A program made the translations under genes and the position numbers. A stretch of 64,000 bases of DNA, taken from positions 260 to 64,259 of the forward strand of contig JAZNUB010000045.1 of the NCBI GenBank assembly GCA_045592105.1. Direction: 5' to 3'. Below, one piece after another: positions 18,593 through 25,992 of this stretch (positions are counted from its first letter, which is position 1; the number at the start of each line of letters is the position of its first letter). Source of the DNA: Eubacteriales bacterium (GTDB lineage: Bacteria; Bacillota; Clostridia; Oscillospirales; CAG-382). The notes beneath the pieces are model-generated. The model saw only the letters and a program-made list of their open reading frames with translations, was not told the DNA's origin and did not search any database.

Positions 18593-19824
18593 GAAAAATG
18601 CCTTCTTTCTATATCGTTTGCAACGCTTTGGGCGTTGCCGTTGATTTTTATAACCGTATCTGCGGTAGCTATATAGGTGCCGTACCTTTCGTTATAGCGC
18701 GCCTTTATTGCCTCTGCACTGCTTGCAAGCGGTCTATCGGGTGTGGGAAGCAATTGCTCCAGCGGTCTGTCCAAAAAATAGATGCGCCCGTTTTGCTTTA
18801 AGGCTTCAACGTTTGCGCTTCGCATTGCCGCACCGCCGCCCGTTGCTATTATACAGCCGCTGTTTGCCGATAGCTCTTTTATAACAGCCGTTTCAACGCT
18901 TCTGAAATACTCCTCGCCGTGCTTTGCAAAGATATCGGGTATCTCCATCCCGCATTTTTGCTTTATACCCTCGTCCGTATCGTAAAAGGGGCGGTTAAGC
19001 GTTTTGGCAAGAAGCGCGCCAACCGTGCTTTTTCCGCTTGCGGGCATCCCCGTAAGCACTATGTTTTCCTTTTGCGCTAATAGCGTGCCGTGTATTTTTT
19101 CCGTAAGCGCGCCTTCGTATTCCGTGTTAAAGAACAGCTCCGATGCAAGCACCGCTTGCTTTACAAGCATATACAGCCCGCCCTCTGCTTTGATTTTTAA
19201 GGAAAGCGCTTTGGATATCAGTTTTGTACGAAGCGGGTTGTATACAACGTCCACAACCGCGCTTAAGCCTTTAAATAAGCATAGGTCTATCGGAGTTGCC
19301 TCTATTTGCGGAAACATACCGCAAGGCGTTGTGTTGATGATAACCCCCGCATCGTGGTGGGCTTTAACGGCTTCCTCGTAGCTTAAAGCACCGTCCCTTG
19401 CGCTTCTGCTAACCTTGTATACCTCACAAGCCCCCATTATATTAGCGGCAACAAACGCGGTTTTGCTTGTGCCGCCCGTGCCAAGTATTAAAACCTTTTT
19501 GCCTTTAACGCCGCCAACGCGCTCTATAAGCGACTTTAGCCCCCCTATATCGGTGTTGTAGCCGTACAGCTTGCCGCCACGGTTTACAACCGTGTTTACC
19601 GCGCCTATTTGCGCCGCTTCCTCGCTTATCCAATCCAAATACGGTATAACCGCTTGCTTGTAGGGGATGGTTACGTTTATCCCTTTAAAGCTTTTGCTTT
19701 TCATAAAGGCGTCAAGCTCTGTGCTTGCAAGCTCCTTAAGACAGTAGCCGTATTCGCCAATCATGCCGTGTATCACAGCCGAAAAGCTGTGCGGCAGTTT
19801 CTCGCCTATCAAGCCGTATTCCAT
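18589..19824 (-). CDS. aroE/aroK: Fused shikimate dehydrogenase (N-terminal) and shikimate kinase (C-terminal)
   Basis: 411 aa. AroE motifs are GEKLPHSFS and NVTIPYK. After about residue 255 comes a P-loop kinase module (LTGMPASGKSTVG ... FYDTD). Confidence 0.88.
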   Translation of the reverse strand: MEYGLIGEKLPHSFSAVIHGMIGEYGYCLKELASTELDAFMKSKSFKGINVTIPYKQAVIPYLDWISEEAAQIGAVNTVVNRGGKLYGYNTDIGGLKSLIERVGGVKGKKVLILGTGGTSKTAFVAANIMGACEVYKVSRSARDGALSYEEAVKAHHDAGVIINTTPCGMFPQIEATPIDLCLFKGLSAVVDVVYNPLRTKLISKALSLKIKAEGGLYMLVKQAVLASELFFNTEYEGALTEKIHGTLLAQKENIVLTGMPASGKSTVGALLAKTLNRPFYDTDEGIKQKCGMEIPDIFAKHGEEYFRSVETAVIKELSANSGCIIATGGGAAMRSANVEALKQNGRIYFLDRPLEQLLPTPDRPLASSAEAIKARYNERYGTYIATADTVIKINGNAQSVANDIERRHFS

Positions 19825-19827
19825 AAG

Positions 19828-20919
19828 CTAACTCCTTAAGTAGTCCGTACCGAAACGAAGCGCAAGCATATCGCAAAGTGCTATCGCCACGGCGGCATCC
19901 GCTACCACGCGCGCCCTGTGGATTATGGCGGGGTCGTGCCTGCCGTTTATTTGAAGTAAGGCGTTCTCACCCTTGAGGAAATCCACCGTGTCCTGTTTTT
20001 TGTAGATGGACGGTGTTGGCTTTATCGCACAGCGCACTATAATGGGCATACCGTTGCTTATACCGCCGTTTATACCGCCGTTGTTGTTGGTTTTTGTGCG
20101 TATAATGCCGCCTTCTGTATAGAAGCTGTCATTAGCGCGGCTTCCCTGCATATCGGCTATGCCAAAGCCTGCCCCAAACTCCACACCCTTAACGGCGGGG
20201 ATAGAAAACAGTATATGTGCCAGCGTGCTTTCAAGGCTGTCAAACCACGGCTCGCCAACGCCAGCGGGCAAGCCAAGCACCGCCGTTTCCAATACGCCGC
20301 CAACGCTGTCCCCTTCGCTTGCCGCTTGTACTATCGCGGCCTTCATAAGCTCGCCGCGCTCATCGTTAAGCACGCCAAACTGCTTGTTTTCGAGAGCCTC
20401 TATATCCTTTGCTATATCGTTAAACTCCGCATCGTTTATCTCTGCACAGCGTTTTATATGCGTGCCTATGAATATCCCCTTGCTTTTAAGCGCGCTTTGC
20501 GCTATTGCGCCTGCCGCCACCAACGGCGCAGTAAGCCTACCGCTGAAATGGCCGCCGCCGCGATAATCCTCAAACCCGTGGTACTTGCAAAACGCCGTGT
20601 AGTCCGCGTGGGCGGGGCGCGCAAGCGCGCGTGTTGCGGCGTAATCCTTGCTTTGCGTGTTGGTGTTTGGTATAAGTATGCAAATAGGAGTGCCCGTGGT
20701 GTAGCCGTTAAACACACCGCTGCAAATGGTAAACAGGTCCTCCTCTTTTCTTGCCGTGGATATTTTCCCTATCGCACGGCGAAGCTCCAAGCGGCTTTTT
20801 ATATATTCCTCGTCAACCTTAACGCCGGGCGCCATACCGTCAAGCACGGCTCCTATCTGTGCGCCGTGGCTTTCACCGAAAATGCTTACCGTAACGCTTT
20901 GCCCAAAGGTGTTTTTCAT
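19828..20919 (-). CDS. aroC: Chorismate synthase
   Basis: 363 aa with the motifs FGESHG, RPAHADY and GRHDP. Confidence 0.95.
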   Translation of the reverse strand: MKNTFGQSVTVSIFGESHGAQIGAVLDGMAPGVKVDEEYIKSRLELRRAIGKISTARKEEDLFTICSGVFNGYTTGTPICILIPNTNTQSKDYAATRALARPAHADYTAFCKYHGFEDYRGGGHFSGRLTAPLVAAGAIAQSALKSKGIFIGTHIKRCAEINDAEFNDIAKDIEALENKQFGVLNDERGELMKAAIVQAASEGDSVGGVLETAVLGLPAGVGEPWFDSLESTLAHILFSIPAVKGVEFGAGFGIADMQGSRANDSFYTEGGIIRTKTNNNGGINGGISNGMPIIVRCAIKPTPSIYKKQDTVDFLKGENALLQINGRHDPAIIHRARVVADAAVAIALCDMLALRFGTDYLRS

Positions 20920-21938
20920 ATCCCCAAGCCTCCGTTTAAAAATGCTTTAGCCGTTTGTGTAAGCTCTGCGGCGGATAGCTTTTTAAAGTATCCCTCTCCC
21001 GCTTCGTCCACCATAACCGCTATAACGCCGTTTTCCGCCATCTTTTTGTCGTGCAGCATGGCTTTACAAGCTTCGTCTGCCCCCACGCTTGCCGCAAGCG
21101 GCAGCCCCAGCTTTTTAAGCACAGCCGTTAGGCGCGTGCGGAGTGTGGCAGAGCACATCGGCAGCATCCCCAACGCCACACATTCGCCATGGTACAGGCT
21201 GCCGTTTGCGGCACTCTCTATCCCGTGCCCTATCGTGTGCCCGAAGTTAAGCATACGGCGAAGCCCGCTTTCCTTTTCGTCCTTTTCAACTATCGTTTTC
21301 TTTATGTTAAGACAGCTTATAATTATTTCGTCTATGTTTTTATCTATATCCTCGTTTTCAAACAGCCAAAACAGCTTTTTGTCCGAGGTAAGCGCCATTT
21401 TAACAGCCTCTGCCAGCCCGTTTGCCCATTGGCGGCGGGTCAGGGTAGAAAGCACATCTGGGTCTACCAGAACGCGCTTAGGTTGATAGAACGCGCCTAC
21501 AATGTTCTTTACACCGCCAAAGTTTACGGCGGTTTTGCCACCGATAGAGGAATCTATTTGCGATAGCACCGTGGTGGGTATGTTGTAGAAATCAACACCG
21601 CGCATATAGCTTGCCGCCGCAAAGCCCGCCAAATCGCCAACAACGCCGCCGCCTACCGCAACAACGCAGTCCGCACGCGTAAACCCTTTTTCAAGCATTG
21701 CGGATAAAAGCTTTTCAAAGCCCTTTAGGGATTTGCTTTGCTCGCCCTCGTCTATCGTTACAACGGTAGGCTCCTTGCAAGCGCTTGCCACCGTTTCCGC
21801 ATAGTTTGCGGGCACGCCGCTGTCCGTTATAACAAGCACCCTCCTGTTAAGCTTCAAAAGCTCGCCCGCTTTGCAAAGTGCGCCGCGCTCTACTATTATA
21901 TCATAGCTGTTTTCGCCTAAAGCTACGGGTATTATCAT
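20916..21938 (-). CDS. aroB: 3-dehydroquinate synthase
   Basis: 340 aa with the motifs GGGVVGDLAGFAA and LNFGHTIGH. It overlaps aroC by 4 nt. Confidence 0.94.
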   Translation of the reverse strand: MIIPVALGENSYDIIVERGALCKAGELLKLNRRVLVITDSGVPANYAETVASACKEPTVVTIDEGEQSKSLKGFEKLLSAMLEKGFTRADCVVAVGGGVVGDLAGFAAASYMRGVDFYNIPTTVLSQIDSSIGGKTAVNFGGVKNIVGAFYQPKRVLVDPDVLSTLTRRQWANGLAEAVKMALTSDKKLFWLFENEDIDKNIDEIIISCLNIKKTIVEKDEKESGLRRMLNFGHTIGHGIESAANGSLYHGECVALGMLPMCSATLRTRLTAVLKKLGLPLAASVGADEACKAMLHDKKMAENGVIAVMVDEAGEGYFKKLSAAELTQTAKAFLNGGLGI

Positions 21939-23047
21939 CAGTTGCCGCTTCCTTTCTTAAGGTCTATCTCGGCAGAGTATCTGCCAACCACCTTCAGCTT
22001 ATCGCAATGCTCCTTAAGCTCCGATAGCATCTGCTTGCCCTCGTCAGAGCTTTCGTCCCCCTCTGCTTCAACGTAGAAGTAATATTGCCACGCAGGCTCG
22101 CCCATCGGGCGGCTTCTAAGCGCCTTCATATTGAAGCCGTGCTTACCTATTACGTTGATAGCCTGCGCCAAAGCACCTGCAACGTGGTTTACCGTAAACA
22201 GCAGGAAGAACGTACTGTCCTTACCGTATGCCGCCTTGTTATCCACCCTGGAGAACACTGCAAAGCGCGTTGTATTCTGTGCGCTTGCGTTTATATCGTG
22301 GTCAATAACCGTAAGCCCGTATAACGCCGCCGTTTCCGCGCTTGCTATTGCCGCCGTGTGTATATCCCCGCGCTCGCTAACGTTTTTTGCCGCTATCGCC
22401 GTGTTGGTTGCCTGTATCTGCTCAAAGCCGTGCTCCTTAATATACCGCGCGCATTGGCTTAACGCTTGCGGATGGCTTATAACGCGCTTGATGTCAGATG
22501 CCTTTGCGCCCTCAAGCCCTAAAAGGTTTTGGCTTATTCTAAGGTCGTATACACCGTTTACGTATAAACTGCCGTCAAACATTAAATCGGTAACCTGCCC
22601 AACCTCACCTGCAAAGCTGTTTTCTATCGGAAGCACGGCACAGTCACACTCCCCGTCCACAACGGCGCTGTAAGCACTTTTAAAATCGGGGTACGAAACC
22701 GTTTCACCGTCGGGGAAAATGCGTGAAGCCGCTATGTGTGCAAACGCACCCTCAACGCCGCTGTATGCAACGCGTAATCCATTCATTAAGCGGTGCTGAT
22801 ACTGCTTTGAAAGCTCCATGTTGTACTTTAGAAAGTTGATGTAGTAGGAGCGTATATCCTCGTCCTCAACGTAAGCAGAGTTTCTGGCTATAACCGCCGC
22901 TTCACGCGCTTCGTCAAGGATAGGCAAGCCGCGCTCCGCCTTATACTTAGCAACCTGCTTTACCGCGTTCATACGCTGTGTAAAAAGCACTGCAAGCTCC
23001 TTGTCTATACGGTTTATCTCATCCCTTGCCAACGATAGCTTTTCCAT
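21938..23047 (-). CDS. pheA: Bifunctional chorismate mutase / prephenate dehydratase (P-protein)
   Basis: The start was trimmed to MEKLSLARDEI (ATG 23047, GGAGG RBS). The protein has a CM type 2 N-terminus, a PDT domain (VAYSGVEGAF, TRF motif) and a C-terminal ACT domain. Confidence 0.92.
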   Translation of the reverse strand: MEKLSLARDEINRIDKELAVLFTQRMNAVKQVAKYKAERGLPILDEAREAAVIARNSAYVEDEDIRSYYINFLKYNMELSKQYQHRLMNGLRVAYSGVEGAFAHIAASRIFPDGETVSYPDFKSAYSAVVDGECDCAVLPIENSFAGEVGQVTDLMFDGSLYVNGVYDLRISQNLLGLEGAKASDIKRVISHPQALSQCARYIKEHGFEQIQATNTAIAAKNVSERGDIHTAAIASAETAALYGLTVIDHDINASAQNTTRFAVFSRVDNKAAYGKDSTFFLLFTVNHVAGALAQAINVIGKHGFNMKALRSRPMGEPAWQYYFYVEAEGDESSDEGKQMLSELKEHCDKLKVVGRYSAEIDLKKGSGN

Positions 23048-23062
23048 ACCAACCTCCGAAAC

Positions 23063-23112
23063 AAAATAAAAAAGCCCACAGCCTTTTTGACAACGCCAAA
23101 AAGCGGTGGACC
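23063..23112 (-). terminator. Intrinsic terminator inside the pheA leader (attenuator)
   Basis: The minus strand reads TCCACCGCTTTTTG-GCGTTGT-CAAAAAGGCTGTGGG followed by CTTTTTTATTTT. That gives a stem of about 14 bp with one mismatch and one bulge, ending 15 nt before the pheA RBS. Confidence 0.75.
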
Positions 23113-23137
23113 ATACCTTTAACAAAACCGAACCCGT

Positions 23138-23209
23138 TTAGCGGGCAAGACCTTGTGCGGTGCAATCCATCGCGCATATAAAGTAGTAATAATAAAAGCC
23201 TTTAAACAT
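23138..23209 (-). CDS. Candidate Phe/Tyr-rich leader peptide (23 aa, MFKGFYYYYFICAMDCTAQGLAR)
   Basis: ATG at 23209 is preceded by AGGAAAGGTG 9 nt upstream, and the TAA stop is at 23138-23140. Seven of the first ten codons are Phe or Tyr. The ORF lies between the promoter and the leader terminator. Confidence 0.7.
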   Translation of the reverse strand: MFKGFYYYYFICAMDCTAQGLAR

Positions 23210-23241
23210 TGCACCAAACACCTTTCCTAAAACTTTTCTGT

Positions 23242-23270
23242 ATTTTACACCCATTAATACGCTTTGTCAA
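23242..23270 (-). promoter_or_regulatory. SigA-type promoter of the aromatic operon
   Basis: The minus strand reads TTGACA (23270-23265), a 17-nt spacer, then TAAAAT (23247-23242). Confidence 0.7.
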
Positions 23271-23375
23271 GCCCCTTTTTGCATAAAAACGGAATAATTA
23301 TTATTTTTGCGTTTTTCCACCTTTTGGTATACTCAACAAAAGGTATTAAATTTAGATTAAAATGTTCATTTTCCA

Positions 23376-23404
23376 TTGACACAAAACAAAGCCTGTGATA
23401 TTAT
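23376..23404 (+). promoter_or_regulatory. SigA-type promoter of the cohesin/dockerin gene
   Basis: TTGACA, a 17-nt spacer, then TATTAT with TGA immediately upstream (extended -10). It lies 43 nt before the ATG at 23447, with an RBS GGAATAGGTGG. Confidence 0.65.
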
Positions 23405-23446
23405 TACATATAAGAAGTTTAAGCTTGAAGGAATAGGTGGTTATAT

Positions 23447-24205
23447 ATGAAAAAATACTTGAATAGGCTTTTGGCTGTTATGCTTGTTGCCGTTTTGGTA
23501 TGCGCTTGCATCCCTGCCGTAACGGCTTCCGCGGCAGAGGCGGAGTTTGATGTGGTTGTTACCCCTGATAAAAACAGGGTAACCTATGGCGATACCGTTA
23601 CCTTTACCGTGGCGATTGAAAACATTACTGCTTCGGGCGGTTTGCTTTCGGTGGACGTGCCTTTCCGTTTTGACCCTAACGTGTTTGAGTTCGTTGGCGA
23701 AACAGCGGTTTTCCCCACCGTTTGGCAAAACCCGCAGGATTTTAGCTACAAAACCGATAAGAACGGCCTTTTGTGGCTTAGAGTGTTGGAGGATGGGGAT
23801 GAGTTTTCCTCCACCGCAGGCTGTACCGAAAACAGGGCTATATGCTTTAGCGTTACGCTAAAGGTTAAGGACGGCGCAAAGCTTGCCGGCACTACCGTTA
23901 CCACTAATGGGGACGGGGCTTTTGAAGCGGCTTGCGGCACCTGTGCGGATGGGCAGTGTACCGTTGCGTTGGGCGCAGGTAAAAGCGGCACCGTTACGAT
24001 AGTTGAGTTTATTATGGGTGACGTTAATGGTGACGGCGTGGCTGACAATACCGATGCCGCTGTGATTTTGCGTTATGACGCGGGCGTTATTAACCTTACG
24101 GACGGGCAGCTTAAGGCAGGCGACGTTAACGGTGACGGCGGTGTTGATAATCTTGACGCGGCAAAAATATTGCAGTATGATGCAGGCATTATAGATAGCC
24201 TTTAA
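23447..24205 (+). CDS. Secreted protein with a cohesin-like module and a C-terminal dockerin (two DVNGDG Ca-binding repeats)
   Basis: A signal peptide is present (MKKYLNRLLAVMLVAVLVCACIPAVTASA). A roughly 160-aa beta-sandwich-like region has a cohesin-like pattern (GDTVTFTVAIENITASGGLLSVDVPFRFDPNVFEFVGE). The dockerin reads GDVNGDGVADNTDAAVILRYDAG ... GDVNGDGGVDNLDAAKILQYDAG. Confidence 0.75.
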   Translation: MKKYLNRLLAVMLVAVLVCACIPAVTASAAEAEFDVVVTPDKNRVTYGDTVTFTVAIENITASGGLLSVDVPFRFDPNVFEFVGETAVFPTVWQNPQDFSYKTDKNGLLWLRVLEDGDEFSSTAGCTENRAICFSVTLKVKDGAKLAGTTVTTNGDGAFEAACGTCADGQCTVALGAGKSGTVTIVEFIMGDVNGDGVADNTDAAVILRYDAGVINLTDGQLKAGDVNGDGGVDNLDAAKILQYDAGIIDSL

Positions 24206-24208
24206 ACA
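24026..24208 (+). repeat. Dockerin-coding module, copy A of a near-identical 183-nt direct repeat
   Basis: It aligns with 25693-25875 with 8 mismatches by my eye count, including the stop codon and 3 nt beyond it. Confidence 0.9.
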
Positions 24209-24227
24209 AAATTAAATATAATCTGAG

Positions 24228-24260
24228 ATCGGGCAGCAAAGGCTTGCCCGATTTTTTTAT
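24228..24260 (+). terminator. Intrinsic terminator after the cohesin/dockerin gene
   Basis: atcgggcag caaagg cttgcccgat followed by ttttttt. Confidence 0.85.
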
Positions 24261-24367
24261 TGGGGCGATTTGCCGTTTTGCAAGGCGATTTCAGACATTT
24301 AATTATAGAGAGCAAGAAAAAACTTTGACGGGGAATTGTTAACGTTTTTTAAAAAAATGAAAAAATG

Positions 24368-24396
24368 TTGACTTTTTGGGCAAAAGCTTGTATTAT
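24368..24396 (+). promoter_or_regulatory. SigA-type promoter about 300 nt upstream of the second dockerin gene
   Basis: TTGACT (24368-24373), a 17-nt spacer, then TATTAT (24391-24396). Confidence 0.55.
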
Positions 24397-24666
24397 TATA
24401 GAGTAAAGGAAATAGAAGAACAAGTAAACGCGCTTAGCTCTCTTGCTGCAGTTGAAGAGCTCCTGTGTATGTCTATATGCTTTGACTACCTTACAGGTAA
24501 CTATAACCACGAGTATTGGTCTGTTGAGAACAAATCCGTTGCAAGTATTTCGCTTTCGGGTGGTATTTTAAAGTCATTTTTTCTGAAAATGGAGTCGAAT
24601 ATGAGGTGGTACAAATGGGTATTGTTTTGTATTGTATTTTTTTTGGGGTTGGATTATATAATTTAA
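24376..24666 (+). pseudogene. Doubtful 96-aa ORF, possibly a remnant of a Big_2-like domain gene inside a long 5' leader
   Basis: It has a TTG start inside the promoter spacer and no RBS. It contains WSVENKSVASISLSGG, which resembles WKISDSNVASISLSGG of the downstream gene, followed by a hydrophobic tail. Confidence 0.3.
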
Positions 24667-24690
24667 AAATTTACTTTTAGGAGGAACATC

Positions 24691-25872
24691 GTGATGAGTG
24701 TATTCAGAAAAACCATTGTTTTGCTTCTTTCGCTTGTTTTTATTGCATCAACTTTTTGCATAAGCGGTAATGCGGTAGAGCCAACAGAACCTATTTTTAC
24801 ATACGATAATAGCATTGTAGCAATGGTTACGGTAGATACGGAGAGAAGCTTTGTGCCTGACGACTTTCCTGAAATTGATTGCAACGCGGTATATGTGGTA
24901 AGCAAGCTAAAAACTGACACATGGTACGATTACGAGCTTGTATTAACTCTTGATGGTAATGTGAACAATGCGTTGTCTGCTGTTTGCGCTAATTCTATGG
25001 TTAGTTTAGCAAAACGCAATTCTTATGCGCTTGAAGCTTCTGTTGTTGAGTTAAGCAAGAGTGAACTCGTTTTGCCTATCGGAAAAAGCGCTGAGTTGGA
25101 AATAGCTAAGTTTATTGACGTTGTAGCTCGCAATATTGTTGGCGTTGCGTTTGAAATAGACAGCGAGGTTATTGCTGATGATAGCATACAAAGCGGATGC
25201 TTTGATGACTATGGTATAAAAAACTTTTGGTCTGCCGCTAATTCAAGAATTGATGATAGTTTTGAATGTTTAAAAGACAGCAATAATTCTTTTTCTTGGG
25301 CAGATGAGGGACAAGTTAGCACCAACGGCTTGTATTTTGGTATATTTAATAATGAATTGGGCGACGTGTACAACATCGTTGATGTAATTGAGTGCGTAAA
25401 CAAGCTTGCAAGCTTGAGAGGCATAAACTCTGTGGTGCTTTGCGATGATACATTTCCCAGTGGTAATCCATGGGAGGAAGTATGGAAAATTAGTGACAGT
25501 AATGTTGCCTCAATAAGCCTATCCGGCGGAACATCTGCGGATATAAATCAGGGTATAGCAACCGATATAGGGCAAACCGCAACTGTTACAGGGCTTTCTG
25601 CGGGCAGCACCACCTTAAGCTTTGAAAGAAGCGGTTTTGGCGCTTACGGATGTGCTATTTGTTCAATTATCGTGGTTTCACCTGCCGATGTAAATGGTGA
25701 CGGCGTGGCTGACAATACCGATGCCGCTGTGATTTTGCGTTATGACGCGGGCGCTATCGACCTTACGGACGTGCAGCTTAAGGCAGGCGACGTTAACGGT
25801 GACGGCGAGGTTGATAATCTTGATGCGGCAAAAATATTGCAGTACGATGCAGGCATTATAGATAGCCTTTAA
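24691..25872 (+). CDS. Secreted dockerin-containing protein of unknown function (Big_2-like segment plus C-terminal dockerin)
   Basis: An AGGAGG RBS precedes a GTG/ATG start at 24691/24694, followed by a signal peptide. The body looks AT-rich by eye. The C-terminal dockerin is nearly identical to that of the upstream gene. Confidence 0.8.
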   Translation: MMSVFRKTIVLLLSLVFIASTFCISGNAVEPTEPIFTYDNSIVAMVTVDTERSFVPDDFPEIDCNAVYVVSKLKTDTWYDYELVLTLDGNVNNALSAVCANSMVSLAKRNSYALEASVVELSKSELVLPIGKSAELEIAKFIDVVARNIVGVAFEIDSEVIADDSIQSGCFDDYGIKNFWSAANSRIDDSFECLKDSNNSFSWADEGQVSTNGLYFGIFNNELGDVYNIVDVIECVNKLASLRGINSVVLCDDTFPSGNPWEEVWKISDSNVASISLSGGTSADINQGIATDIGQTATVTGLSAGSTTLSFERSGFGAYGCAICSIIVVSPADVNGDGVADNTDAAVILRYDAGAIDLTDVQLKAGDVNGDGEVDNLDAAKILQYDAGIIDSL

Positions 25873-25875
25873 ACA
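25693..25875 (+). repeat. Dockerin-coding module, copy B of the 183-nt direct repeat
   Basis: See 24026-24208. Confidence 0.9.
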
Positions 25876-25890
25876 CAACAGTGGTTATTA

Positions 25891-25929
25891 AACGCACAAA
25901 GCAAAATCTTTGCTTTGTGCGTTTTTTTC
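25891..25929 (+). terminator. Intrinsic terminator after the second dockerin gene
   Basis: aacgcacaaagcaaa atc tttgctttgtgcgtt forms a 15-bp stem and is followed by a T-run. Confidence 0.88.
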
Positions 25930-25931
25930 TA

Positions 25932-25960
25932 TTGTTTTTTGGGGTGAAAGGTGGTATACT
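25932..25960 (+). promoter_or_regulatory. Candidate extended -10 promoter for the TSCPD-cysE-...-esterase operon
   Basis: TTGTTT, a 17-nt spacer, then TATACT preceded by TGG. It lies 32 nt before the ATG at 25993. Confidence 0.5.
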
Positions 25961-25992
25961 GTACTTGGATTTTTTTATCTGGGGGAAAGTGT

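Noticed and set aside
21938-23125. The N-terminally extended versions of several ORFs in the supplied track: pheA from 23125, scpA from 46360, cysE from 26175, ahcY from 31411, xseB from 50456, the TSCPD gene from 25951, tyrA from 16972 and the isomerase from 894.
   Set aside because: The extensions lack an RBS, overlap upstream genes or leaders, and add residues absent from the canonical N-termini. In each case the internal start has a good RBS and the expected family N-terminus, so I trimmed the coordinates.
23048-23241. A T-box riboswitch in the pheA leader.
   Set aside because: I looked for the T-box motif (GGGTGGTACCGCG-like) and stem I features (GA/K-turn, AGTA box). Only a loose TGGTCCACCGC is present, and that forms the terminator 5' arm. 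The leader is short and contains a translatable Phe/Tyr-rich ORF instead. A covariance-model scan is needed to be definitive.
24200-25700. A genomic island or prophage fragment, suggested by the AT-rich appearance.
   Set aside because: There is no integrase, transposase, tRNA target or phage gene. Only one gene is involved. I report it as possible module shuffling rather than as a mobile element.
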